Source of the DNA: Trichoplax sp. H2
Lineage: Eukaryota
Assembly: GCA_003344405.1 (NCBI GenBank)
Contig: NOWV01000031.1
Span: 434,001 to 498,000, forward strand
Direction of reading: 5' to 3'
Length of the DNA: 64,000 nt
The position numbers and the translations under genes are program-made. Shown here one piece after another: positions 1 to 12,237 of this stretch; the first letter of the stretch is position 1; each line of letters opens with the position of its first letter. A model generated the notes under the pieces. That model was not told where the DNA came from. It saw only the letters and a list, made by a program, of their open reading frames with translations, and ran no database searches.

Positions 1-212
1 TATATCGCCAAAAGTTGGCATAAATATTGTCTTACTAAATCGTCAACAAGATCACGATCATGATCAAGAATAGAAAGTGCTATAATACTCCTTGTATTAC
101 AATATCATGATCGTAAAGGAAATAAATTCTTACCGTAGATCTTAATCAATTTAACATTTATTAGACAGACTTTGCTATTTCTATCATAAAATCTGCAATT
201 TCAATATCTTAC

Positions 213-3200
213 CGTTGAAGAAAAACTACTAAATTGCACCAGGCTAGACAGATATTAACGCTACCTATGGCCCACTGGTTGGTACTAGGCTCATATCCAG
301 GTGGAATAGAAAATGTAATGGCAGAAATATACATAAATAATTCGATGTAGTTGGTATAGGATAGGAAGTAGGATAATCTCTGTCAAGCAAAATGAGACAT
401 CAAAATTAATCAAGTATAAAAATCGACTTTTAATGTCTATTCTCAATGGTAGAAAAAATGGCCGCAGAAAAGTAATAAAGAGAGTATTGCCAGCAATTAA
501 AATATCCATGCGCCACATAATACCATTCAATCAGTGATTTACTCTCTTCGATTAGATTTCTTACCAACATAAAAACGCTTGGTAAAAGTATAAGTAATGA
601 ATTAAGTTAACACTTACCTGACGCCATATTTGCAGAGCTTCTGTAGCTAAATTAATCCCACTAGCGATAAGGATAATCAGTTGAGCAATGAAGAGATCTG
701 GCCGTGAATCCTAGAATAATAGTTGAAGATAACTCGATTAGCTCCTGTTAATAATGTAACCCACTTCATATTCAACTAACCAGAGTAAATTAGCTTTACT
801 GCAGACTAGATATCCTTGTAAGCTAACAATATTGTGTAAAGCAGTAGACTCACAAGTGTATAATAGTAAACTGTATATGTCTCATTTCGAATAGTATAGG
901 TATATGAAGTAAAGCCAGGCTCAATATAATCGGAAATTACGATGTTGCCGGCTGGACGCAAGGCGATAGTGTAATAGGTAAAAGCACCCACAAATAAGAG
1001 ATAAACTATCAGATTGGTATAGTATAGTGGAATGCCAAATGTGCGCCTATAAATTTGGATAGAACAAAATATATCATACGGAATAGCTCCAGTACAGGGA
1101 TGAAAACTTGTAATGGCCTTTCTTGAAACGCTTTAACTAATTTTTTACACTTTAGTCGTAAAACTAGCATAAAAATACGATACGCTTTATCCTTTAGTTA
1201 ATTTCAAGTGCAATACACTAGAGCTTTGGCACAGAACTTGGTGAGAACTATCGCTATGACTACAAACCATTTAGCATCAAGTAAAGCCTGGGATAATTCA
1301 TGCAGCAATAATCCTGTTCTTTCATGTTCAATCATAGTCTAATCGTCGACAATTGTGAATAAGTAAGGAATTAAAATTGGAAAAAATATTCCACCATATC
1401 AAGGTATAATCGACTCTGTTAGAAATCTCAAAATCAAAATCAGAATTTAAAGCCCTCTTACCATTAGCGCGTTACATTTACATTTATTTTTTGAGCTCTC
1501 TCTTAAACGCATTTCTACCATGGGTTCTGGATCTAATATTGAGTAATCGTAAACAATCTAAAAAGTGAGAAAGAAATCGCTAAGACACTCAGTTTGATAT
1601 AAATATCATACAGTATATATTGATTCTATAAGCATTCTCGTCACTTTTTGAATATAATCGATTAACGACTAAAATTGGAAGAATGAACTACATTCGGATA
1701 ATTTTGTAGCTAAATACCAATTCTGTAATGATATACATCACTACCAGATTTATTAATCTTTTCGTTATAATCTGTGGTTGCATTTATTATTCGTTTAAAA
1801 ATTTTGCATAGCAAGTACAAATAAGGATTAAAGTATTTATCGATCTTCTGAAACTTCTTGGAGCAATGTCAAAAATAAATCCTATCGATATTGTTTACAA
1901 ATTGTTATATCATAAATCGATTAGGACAAAATCTCAACTTTAAGCCGATTGATTCAGATGAAATCTTGAATCTATGACGGCGATTTTGTTAACTTAAGTT
2001 GAAATTTTGCGTTCTAAACGCATCAAAGAATAATATTGTTACATTATATGTAACGTCAACTTGTTAATACAATGCAAAATCTGTTAATTATATTCTTGGC
2101 TCAATTCGGCCAACAAATATTGGAATATACGAGTACAAACCGTTTTATTCATAGTTCTACTTGTACTACTAGCAATAGATAAATCCATGACGACCTGCCA
2201 TTAAATGAAATTAAGATGAAATCATACAAATGCGCTAAATTGCCAATACTAATTTAACGAATTTAAATGACGAAAAACCTACCTCTGCAACTGCTGGCAG
2301 TTTCTTAATCAAATTTTGCATGATAGAATATCCTTCATCATCAAATCGATTTAAAATCTCTCCACTCCTAATAAGATAAACCGATAACATATTTAATTAT
2401 AGAAGTAGTACTAACCATTGAAAGTTATGCAAGAAAATCAGTAGAATTATCTCTACTCTATCTATCTCAACTCGTCTATCATACCATAAGTTAGCTAGGT
2501 TTAAGAATATATTACCTCTTATGCTTGACAATTAATAGAGCAGCATCTTCATGTCCGCCTTCAATCGTAAGGTCTAAACATGTTTTCCCATTACTATCAC
2601 GCAATGTTATATCGCTACCACTTCCAAGTAATAATTTAACAACAGCACTTGATCCTTGACTGGCTGCTAAATGTAGAGGTGTTTCCTAAATCAGTTCCAT
2701 GAAAGCAAATTTGGTTACTATTACCTGGTAAAGATAAGTAGTTGATTCAAGAAAAGTGTGATAATCAAAAACTAATTAAGGTGAAACTATATGCAGATAA
2801 CGAGGAATTAGACGAAATACATAACATGGAAATATCGTATAGTAGAAATGTAATCTTATAGCTAACTAATACTTCAAAAGTGCATAGTATTACCAATCTA
2901 GAATTAATTCGATTAAGATCAGCTCCATTTTTCAATAGCAATTTTCCTACTTGTGCAAAACCTTTGGACGCGGCGTATTCCAAAGGTGTCATGTAACTGC
3001 CGTCTCTGCAATAATTATATAATAATCCAAGCTATGATCATGTTAACATAGTAGATAGTATCCAATTTTATCATGATCTACAGTATTTCAGTAATATATA
3101 AGTTTTACATTGTACTATCGTCTAACAGCCATTATTATTCCCGATGTAATCAAATTATTTAACTTTATACCGCTTTTCGACGTCTGCACCATACTTTAGC

Positions 3201-6200
3201 AGCATTGCGGTGACATCTACTGAATTATTTATAACCGCAAAATGTAATGGAGTTCTTGATTTCTCTCCCAAAAAGTTTACCGATGAAAGAGAAGCTACAC
3301 ATAAATATTCGGCTATCAGTAGATCGCCTTTTCTGCAATAAAAGAGGAGATTAATTCATAATCACTTTTCAATACCAGACCTTAAAATAGGGTTTTGACT
3401 TTAGTTTCACTATACGTATCACCTTATCTAATACAGTCATTATTCATTGCAAAACATACATTAATTCCATATACCAGATATTAAGTATACTACGGACTAT
3501 TCACAACGCTAGTCGCTGCATGAGATTAATTCAAATCATTATTTATTGCACAATGTATAGTGATTTGATGTATACTGAGAATATCAACTGCATTAGTTGC
3601 TATGCATGCGATTGATTGCGCTCTTCATGTAGCTCTGTTCGATATCAAAATATTGCATTGACAAGTTCAAGTAAACTTCCAAACGAACGTATAATGCTGA
3701 TAATCCAATTTTTTGTCTACATATATACTAGTGGAGATTTGATGCCATCAGATACGAAATACATAAATACTCTAAGAAAAGCTTCATTAATATGCAAATT
3801 AAGATGCCACTTAAATTTTGGGTAAGATACTTATTTTAATTAATTAAATCGTTAAATGAAATTGAAATAATTACTGTACTTACGCGCAAGCCAGGTGAAG
3901 TGGTATATTGTCATCATCATCATGGCAATCCACAATTGCACCATTACTAACTAAAATCTCAACAATCTAATATAGTAATTCATATTTATATATATATACA
4001 AAATGAGTCTATTAGGAGTTTAAAATTAAGATTATAATATTGCAAGGATAGACTCCATTTCTTATACAATATGAGGTAATATTCCGTTTACCTGATGATT
4101 TCCATTCTCAACTGCATAATGCAAAGGTGTTTTTTCAAAGTTATCGGCTGAATTTAAAAATTTACCAGCTGATATCTACAAGTGTACAAGATAAATTTTT
4201 TAGATCATAAATAGACTAGGTAAAATTATTGGATAATTTAATCTATCAGCAAATTATTTCATTATTCAGTGAGAACAATATTGATTTTTACTTACTCGTA
4301 TTAAATGTTGAATTAACTGCAAATGCCCATTCTGAACGGCTAGATGAAGACATGTTCGCTGTACTTCATCTACGGAAGAAATATCAGCATTATGTTGAAG
4401 TAAATAATCGATTACTGCAATATGGCCTTTAGCTGCTGCACACATTAACGGTGTCTTCTTAGTATAGTCAACGGTATCAATTTCAGAACCCTTTAATAGA
4501 ATAAAATGATAGCAGTCAATCTGAAATAATTCTTTTGATTAGGTTATGCTTATTGCTATCTCGGACAAAACACAGAATCACATGTATGAATATACTGATC
4601 TCTTACTTCAATTAAGTTCGGTTTATAAAATTAATTAATCGCTTAAAGGAAACAAACACGTTAACATTAACGTCCTTGCACAAAGTTCATTTATAATTTA
4701 CCATAACTAATTTGATTCATAACAAGGTTAAATTGGACAACTTTCAGCGTCAATATACCGAAGCGTAGTAAAGCGAACTATTTTCACTTTTATGCTGTAC
4801 GAAGATCCATATCATACTAATCATTTTCATATAGGAAGGCTTAACTAATTTGCTACACTTACAGCGTCCACAAGTAACTCCATAATAGGTAAATGACCGT
4901 ATAAACTAGCCAGGAAAAACGGTATTCGATACTGATAGTTATTGATATTTACGGAAGCTCCTTTATCAAGCAGCAATTTTGTAGCCTCATAGTAACCATT
5001 AGCTGCTGTAATATGTAAAGCGGTCCGCCCATCATTCTATAATATTACGCCAAACCAATAGTGGCATTATCGTTACAAGGATGTAATCAGTAAAAATCCA
5101 ATTTTAAATCCTACTACTTTAACATGATAGAAAAAAAGTATAGAATATTTCTACATTTATGGTCTGTAACTAAAAGAAATGTCCATAGACTAAAGCAAAA
5201 ACTATTTTGACTCTATCACTTCTTCGTACTTGAGTAGAGTTGATATTTGTTCCATTCTCTAAACAAATTTTCATTGCCTGGCAGACAAAAAGAATATATC
5301 GATAGAAAAATGAGTTTATAAAGTACAGTGCAGTGCAATGATATCATAGATACTAGATAAGCCTCAGATTTTATTAATATTATCCTCTAGATACGAGTAT
5401 AATTTTTTCTCTTGCCACCTTGATATGACCACCTTGAGCTGCACGATGGAATGGGAGTTGCTTTTCGTTATCTTCACAGCTAAGGAGATCAATAGCAGAT
5501 AACCCATAGCTAGAAGAAACTTGTAAGAATAATTGAACAACTTGAACATGGCCTTTAGATGCCGCACTATGAATTGGTGTACTACCATCGATTGCAGGAG
5601 CTAATATATCACTTCTATATTTAAGCTGTAAAAACAACACAAAGTGCCGTATTAACATAAACACAATCAGCTATGTGCTATAGGTAGAGAGGAAGAGTAG
5701 CGCGATATGATTATATTAGGGAATGTTGTCATTCAATTTAAGTTCTTCCATTACTCAAAGATACTACTATGATAATGGTATGGCTGAATTTAGAATAGAA
5801 ACTCAAACCAGTATTTGGAACAAAACTTAATTATTTATCAATGCGATAATCAAATCAATCAGCTTACAAGATGTTGACAGACTTCAAGTTTCCCTCTCAT
5901 AGCAGCTTGATGTAATGGTGTATTCAAATCATCATCCACAACGTCGACATCAAGTAACTTGTTCTCAGTAATATACTAATATAAGCAACAAGATTGCAGT
6001 AATGTGATTAATCTTTCAAGATAAGAAAAAAATTCGACATAATACCAAGAGCCATTTATTTGAATAGTTGCTGTAATAGAAACAATAATAGTACAAATAC
6101 AAGTAAAACTATATCTTTTACCAATTTTGGAATACAATTATCACTTACCGTACAAATACTTAAATGGCCTAATTTACTAGCTTCATGAAGCAAAGTGTCA

Positions 6201-7656
6201 CCTTGATCGTCGACTAATTTAAATTCCGCACCAGCTTCATGCAGAGCTTGAAAGCTAGCCAAGCTGTTATATTTGGCAGCCACAAATAAAGGTGTATTAC
6301 CATCATAGCCTCGAATATTGAGGTCTAATAGTAACATCATACAAATGCAAAGGAAATCTTAACTAGAAAGGTTCACATGTTAAATATATAAAGCTATTCT
6401 ATCTGCGTTGAAAATTCAATGATAGTATTTTTAATCGCTGCTATTATGCTGTTGGTCGCCTACGGTTTATACTACTCAATTCAAATTTCTCTCATCTAAA
6501 AATCTTTATTAGTATACCTGCACCGCAAGTGATTAAAGTCTTGACTACATCGACTCGATTCCCGCGCGCTGCATAGTGTAATGGAGACAACTGATGTTCA
6601 TCTAGATTATTGCAAGTATTTTTCACATCTTGACGTGAAGCGAAATGATTTTCTACTGCAGTAACATCACCAAACTTTGCAGCCTAACCATGATAGATAA
6701 TATCATCAAATATTGATTAATTAGGAATAGAACGTAATTTATATCGACAGTTACGGCGCTGGCTACAAACCAAAACATTATCTTGTCGAAAGAAAGTACG
6801 GCACTTATAAGGACAGCTAGCGCCAATTAGTTCACGTTCATAAGATTATTACATCGATAAATTATATCAAGCTAATCCAAAAAATAGGAAGGCTACGGTT
6901 TATATTTAACACTAAGTACTAAGTACCAAGCTTATTCTAATAGAATCACAAGACCTGGTTTGGACAAAAGCTATCATTATACTTCTGTAGCAATTATTTA
7001 CTTACCCAAAAGAGATCTTTTAAATATTCATTTTCTGCACATCTCATACCACTGACTTGATCCTAAGTAACACATTATTGAAAATTGGTTATTCCATAAG
7101 AGAATTTTCGGGCCTGCAAATAACTTGGAATCTTAATTCTTATTAGGTAACTACAGCAAGGTATTGTCTTTTGACCGGCTAATTTTTTGATTGCAGAGCA
7201 AGCAAATCTGAACTACTAACGTTCGGTATGATAACTTTACGATTAAAAGGCACGTTTTACGATTATAAACCAATAAAAGTACAAATTTATCAGTCAAGTG
7301 TTTATCTACAATTAAACAGTATTGATCCTATTCGAAACTGATCTAATGCGTAGCCTTACTACATTTCGAAGCCTTATTTACTAGCAGTTAGTTATTATCA
7401 AGCTTGCGATAGCCAATTTTATAATTTAGTATCAACATTAAAGTAAAACACAAGCAATAATGATTTATTTTGCTTTCCCTCTTATAATAGTATTTGTGTT
7501 AAGGCAATCTCCTTAATATACCTACATATTAAGTAGTCAATGGTGAAAAATTATCCCTAATTACTACTCATTTTAATGTCTTACCAAATTTCTCATATCA
7601 ATCTCCAGAGGCCGTGAAGCGGTGAGCCGTCTGTGAAATTTAATCATCATATCCAT
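213..7656 (-). CDS. TRPA1: TRPA1-like ankyrin-repeat TRP channel, copy 1 (exons 1-21; 3' part beyond left window edge)
   Basis: Manual splicing gives an open frame through 21 GT-AG exons: 7585-7656, 7006-7062, 6518-6683, 6149-6324, 5868-5975, 5419-5625, 5230-5277, 4863-5036, 4296-4490, 4092-4175, 3884-3966, 3171-3332, 2894-3005, 2516-2685, 2283-2367, 2141-2194, 1462-1557, 1268-1338, 854-1046, 618-710, 213-379. It encodes about 17 ankyrin repeats (TPLH-type), the pre-S1 LLLHELSQALLDAKW and S1-S4 ending NLVVFLQR. Starts MDMMIKFHRR with an in-frame TAG upstream. The symbol denotes family, not proven orthology. Confidence 0.9.
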
Positions 7657-7860
7657 ACTAAATTGCTAAGTTGGCCAAAATACGTTGAACCAGTGCTGGT
7701 CAATAATTTTCTTGATACGCGATTCGAACAGCGTTCTCAATTCCAATATCTGTGCCGTTTAGATTCTGAGTAACTTATCATCAGAAACTATTCCAAATAA
7801 TAATTGTTTCTATTTGCCTCAATTCCACCCCGAGTATTACTTCAGAGCTTAAAATGGCAA
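7657..7860 (-). promoter_or_regulatory. Conserved 5' leader / proximal promoter of TRPA1 copies 1-3
   Basis: Aligns with about 24670-24880 and 39745-39950 (GTTGAACCAGTGxTGGTCAATAATTTTCT in copies 1 and 3; TTTGxCTCAATT in all three). Contains in-frame stops, so it is non-coding. Confidence 0.5.
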
Positions 7861-10429
7861 TTATTAGTATTTAAATCATTCAAAAGGTAATTGCGGTATG
7901 GCCCATTACCATGTACTAGGCAGCAATTATATCAACTGTATCGTCAGTATATAGCGTTAAATATATGTCATGAGATAGTATATTTTACCATCTACAGACT
8001 AGATACGCATCTGACTGAACATAGAGTAACTAAACACACATCTCGTAATCTTTGCTACAGCCAATTAATAAGTGGAAATTAGACAAATATATTAAGTAAA
8101 ATAAATAAATGCGCAGCGGACAGCCTGTCAACAACTATTGATTGGTGAAAATATGAGGCAATACCGGAACCATGTACCTATGAACAGCTGTTGTAAGTCC
8201 CTTTAACAGTTTTTTAGTAATTACTGGCCGTAGCAGTAGTTTTTACTTTCAATTACTAATTCTAGCGAGAATTGCGATTCACTCATAAAGAATAGTTAAG
8301 TTATTGCTAGATTATTGTATCCATTATCCTGAGTAGTGAAAAGCTAATTCTAGGTGCAATCTCAAATTATTACACCAATCTATCCAATGCGTACTTAAAG
8401 AGATAATCTTGCTGTTAATTTAGGTACTATATAGTATTTTGATTGAATTATACTTAAAATTGGGCTAATATTTGGCAAAGAAGGTAACCTGATCAGGTTA
8501 GAGAAACACGGATTGGTCCTAACATAGAGATAAAAGAAAAGAGCAAAACGCTTTTCTTTTACCTCGATGGATTAGTCAAAGATGATAATGTCAATATCTC
8601 TACTGTATATAGACAGTTAGTTTCACCTTGCAAAGCAAAGAAACATAGAATTGAAAAGCAGTGAAAGAAAAAGACTGCCTTGACTTACACTCTGTGAACA
8701 TACAGTAGATTTACTACAGAAATTAGTAACACCTCGCCTGTCACATTCGGTTCCTTTCCTCATCTCCATTCTCATCCTAACAAATTCTCTTAAATTCTCT
8801 ACCTTGTTGTCGTCTATCTTTCTATTTTAAGCAATATTCACAGCAATAATAGGATAATTACAATAGTTTGCAGTATGTCTGTAGTAATAAGCTCTGTCTT
8901 TTCTTTACTGATAAAAAAAATTGTGTACTTAAAAAATAGGGTAATGCCGTCCAGACTATTTAAAATACTAATGGCACTGCAAACACATTTCAGTACAACA
9001 ACAAAATCCGAACGTATATATCAGGAGTAGATTTCAAAACATACCATTTATGAATTATTATATTATTCGCAACCTTGCTTTAGAAACATGATAAATAGAC
9101 TCAAATTAGATTAGAATCAAAACTAACCACTATATTCGTATCTGGATTCTGGAATATATAATTTATAATAGGCATTAATGCGTAATCTTTTACTAGATTG
9201 CTTTTCACCGTTCCTTTGTATAGTTCAAGGTTGAACTACTTTCCAGGTAAAGTTTATTTCTTTAAGAATATGCTAGAACCTAGTCAAATAGTATACCTTT
9301 AATTAATAAGCTATTACTGTCAATGACATGATCTCTTATTTACTGTGTTATATAAGTATAATTAGAGTTATATTTCATAAAAGTAATAAGCTATACAAAA
9401 TACAACATTTATTATGATGCTTTTATAATTTAATCCTCTTATATCCGATGATTGCTCATGACTAAGATTTCATTTCCCATTGTTATAATCTTAGCGGTCT
9501 TGGTGCGACCCAGGAATCCTCAAATAGAAAGAAAGACAGGGATAGAAAGCTACTTTCACTCCAAAATAATGAGAAGGCTTACCATTTTTCCGGCCATCCA
9601 ACTATGATCAGTACAATAATCAGCCTTAACATTATTAGTATCATGAAGGGCAGTTTTCAATCTCTTTCTTCCATTTTTATGTATAGAAATGCATTGTAAG
9701 ACTTAGAATTGAAGTTCCCCATAAAGGACATGCCGAGTTTTGTCTATACTGACTTACCAGAACCATACTGGTAGTTAAATAGTAGGGTATTCAAGCCTAT
9801 ACTCGGTTATTTTTTCTAGTGCTCTCAGTTACGCTACACAATTGTTCAATTTGAGTTACTGTCTGGACATTACAAGTCCTGAACCATCAGGCAATAACTT
9901 AGGATCTACGTGTACTACGTTATTCCTAGCTCTTGATTACCTTAGGTGTTTTAAGGCAGTAAATAAAGTATTAGTTTACTGAAGGATGCTAAGTACGTCG
10001 GTGAGTTAGTAAAGCATGTAGCTAACTCATAGTCATATATACAAAATCGATCACCTTCGTATTTCTTTGTTAATAAATCTAGCTTGCTTTTTGAAACTCG
10101 CCTAATTAATTTAATTTAATAATAACTCTATAGTAATAGATTCTTTGAGATATTCATGGCGTAAAAATGAGATGGGAAAGTTAGAAAATAATTTAGATTA
10201 ATAGTGTTGTCGACATTAATAAAAATGGCGTAAAGCATAGAAAAACGCCATGGAATGGAAATGAATGCATGCCAAAATTAGATAGCGGTGAATAACTATG
10301 TAATAGACTAGCGAAGAGAGATTATAAATGAGATGATGTAAATAAAAAATACAAGGCATTTCACATTTTTATTTACCTTAGCATTCAGGGGAAAACTTAG
10401 CTTTTCCTGCTTCTCTTTACTAATGCAAA

Positions 10430-11060
10430 GTGGTTCTCCTAACATATAGAGCAATGCCGTTATTACTGCTGTATAACAAATTTCTGATGAAACCTTTATC
10501 CTTAAAATTAAACCTTAGTCATTAATATTGACTACCGGTACCGATAGATGCCTGTAGATAATGCCGTGGAAACCTTTATTGCAAGTTCATTATAACGGAG
10601 CAGTAATAATGCAATAAATTTAAAATAATTTGGTTATTATTCCAAAACAGAATTAATTCAGATTGACATTTAAATTACGAAAATATAGTAGATTGCAGTA
10701 CTTCTCTCTTTATAAGCTGAGTGAAAATTGTTCGGCTACTTCTATCTAATCTGTTTTTCACAGCCAAAGTTTTATTTCTCTATTCTTTTACTTTTAAAAT
10801 GATATACAGTCTCTACGGGTAACTTAGATTCGACTTTACTAGCTTGAAAAAAGTGATTTAAATAGCCTACTGCGTTTCGGTCAACTCAAATTCCTGTAAG
10901 TTATAATTACAAGACATGTAAAGTTACGCTGTAGCATCTGGTAATAGCAAATTACTTTACAATATAGACTGCAGTATCAAATACGCCGAGAATAAACTTT
11001 AACAGAGGCTAAAATCTGTAGAGAGAATATCACAACTTGATATGCTAAGGATATTAGTGC
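10430..11060 (-). pseudogene. Deletion remnant of a further TRPA1 paralog (3' UTR and last intron fused to 5' flank)
   Basis: 10430-10590 resembles the copy 2 3' region (about 12070-12210). 10620-10730 resembles the last intron of copies 2 and 3 (12360-12450; TATAAGCTGAGTGAA shared with about 30086). 10743-11060 resembles 26061-26475, the upstream flank of copy 2. Confidence 0.65.
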
Positions 11061-12237
11061 TATAGTTCATAAAGTATTTATTTTAGTCGCAAATTTTGCA
11101 AACGTTTACATGGCATATAGTGTACCAGCAGAAATGGATAGTCACTCTCCAGTATAGTATTCGTATATGATAACATACTCCAATAAAAATTTCCTACAAG
11201 ATTGTGAATAAGTATTTTCTTAACACTTTATCCTGTATTCATTTAAGTAATCAGACAATAATTCTTTCCTGTAAAGTTCACTCCTTTAGAATCATGCTAA
11301 GATATATTCAGACAGCATACTGTATTGTATTCAGAATGTAGGATAGCTCAGAGATAGAGAAGGTCTTCTCTATCTGCTCAGGCATATTCTTAAGATAGGC
11401 GTTTTATATTGCTCTTAAATATCGAAATGTTTAGAGTCTTGTTGCATTATAGCTAAATACTGTATAACTTATTCTGTTTAATACTTACAGTCTTTGCTAT
11501 TTCCTACAATAATTTGCTATTACATATTCTTTGATGGTATGTGTTGTATCTAGTCGTACAATCCTTCTCTCGACATGGTGCTACCTCTGAACTCGTCTAT
11601 CACTGATTTCTACCTAAAATTTCGTTAATTGCAATAGGCAGTGTTAAAGATTTTCTCACGTTAATTCACGACAGCTTATTCTGTACACTCTCTACCCTAA
11701 CTACTGCATTATACAAAATCGTATTGTAGACTACAATAAAGTATCTTTTTCTACCAAAACATTTGTGCAATTCTCTACATCGAAAATAAACCTACTGTAA
11801 CTGATTCACCTAATCCTCCATTACAATATTATATCTTTAATTAGTTAGTTACCTACGACATTATCCCCCATTTCCGTATAAATCTAATGCTATCCACGTA
11901 GAGACCTATTCGATAACTGGATTTAGTTTAGAATTTTTAATTTAATCGCCTCACAGCCAACGAGATATTATGACATGGTCAAGGACTATACACTTTATTC
12001 CACTAATAGGTATGACATTCTTGATGAAAAACTTAACGCTTTTTGCTTCTATTTAGTGACATAGAGGCGCTTTCTTAACATATGGGGCAATGCCTTTCTT
12101 ACCTATTACGTATTAAATTTTGAGTAAAACCTCTGATCTGAATATTGAATACTAGTACTGATAGATACCGGTAAATGATATCGTAAAGACTTCATTATAA
12201 ATACTTATTTAATACGAGTCATGCATAGATTATACTA

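Noticed and set aside
291..530. 79-aa minus ORF, and similar ORFs such as 45893-46114, 5364-5588 and 45298-45495
   Set aside because: Alternate-frame or intron read-through translations over genuine TRPA1 exons.
4229..4432. Plus-strand ORFs antisense to TRPA1 exons (also 13651, 32495, 49984, 53212)
   Set aside because: Shadow ORFs of the minus-strand coding exons with no independent support.
9470..9990. Possible degenerate LINE reverse-transcriptase relic (KATFTP, PSNY, TQLFNL-like fragments)
   Set aside because: Fragments lie in different frames and are too short to distinguish from chance without a profile search.
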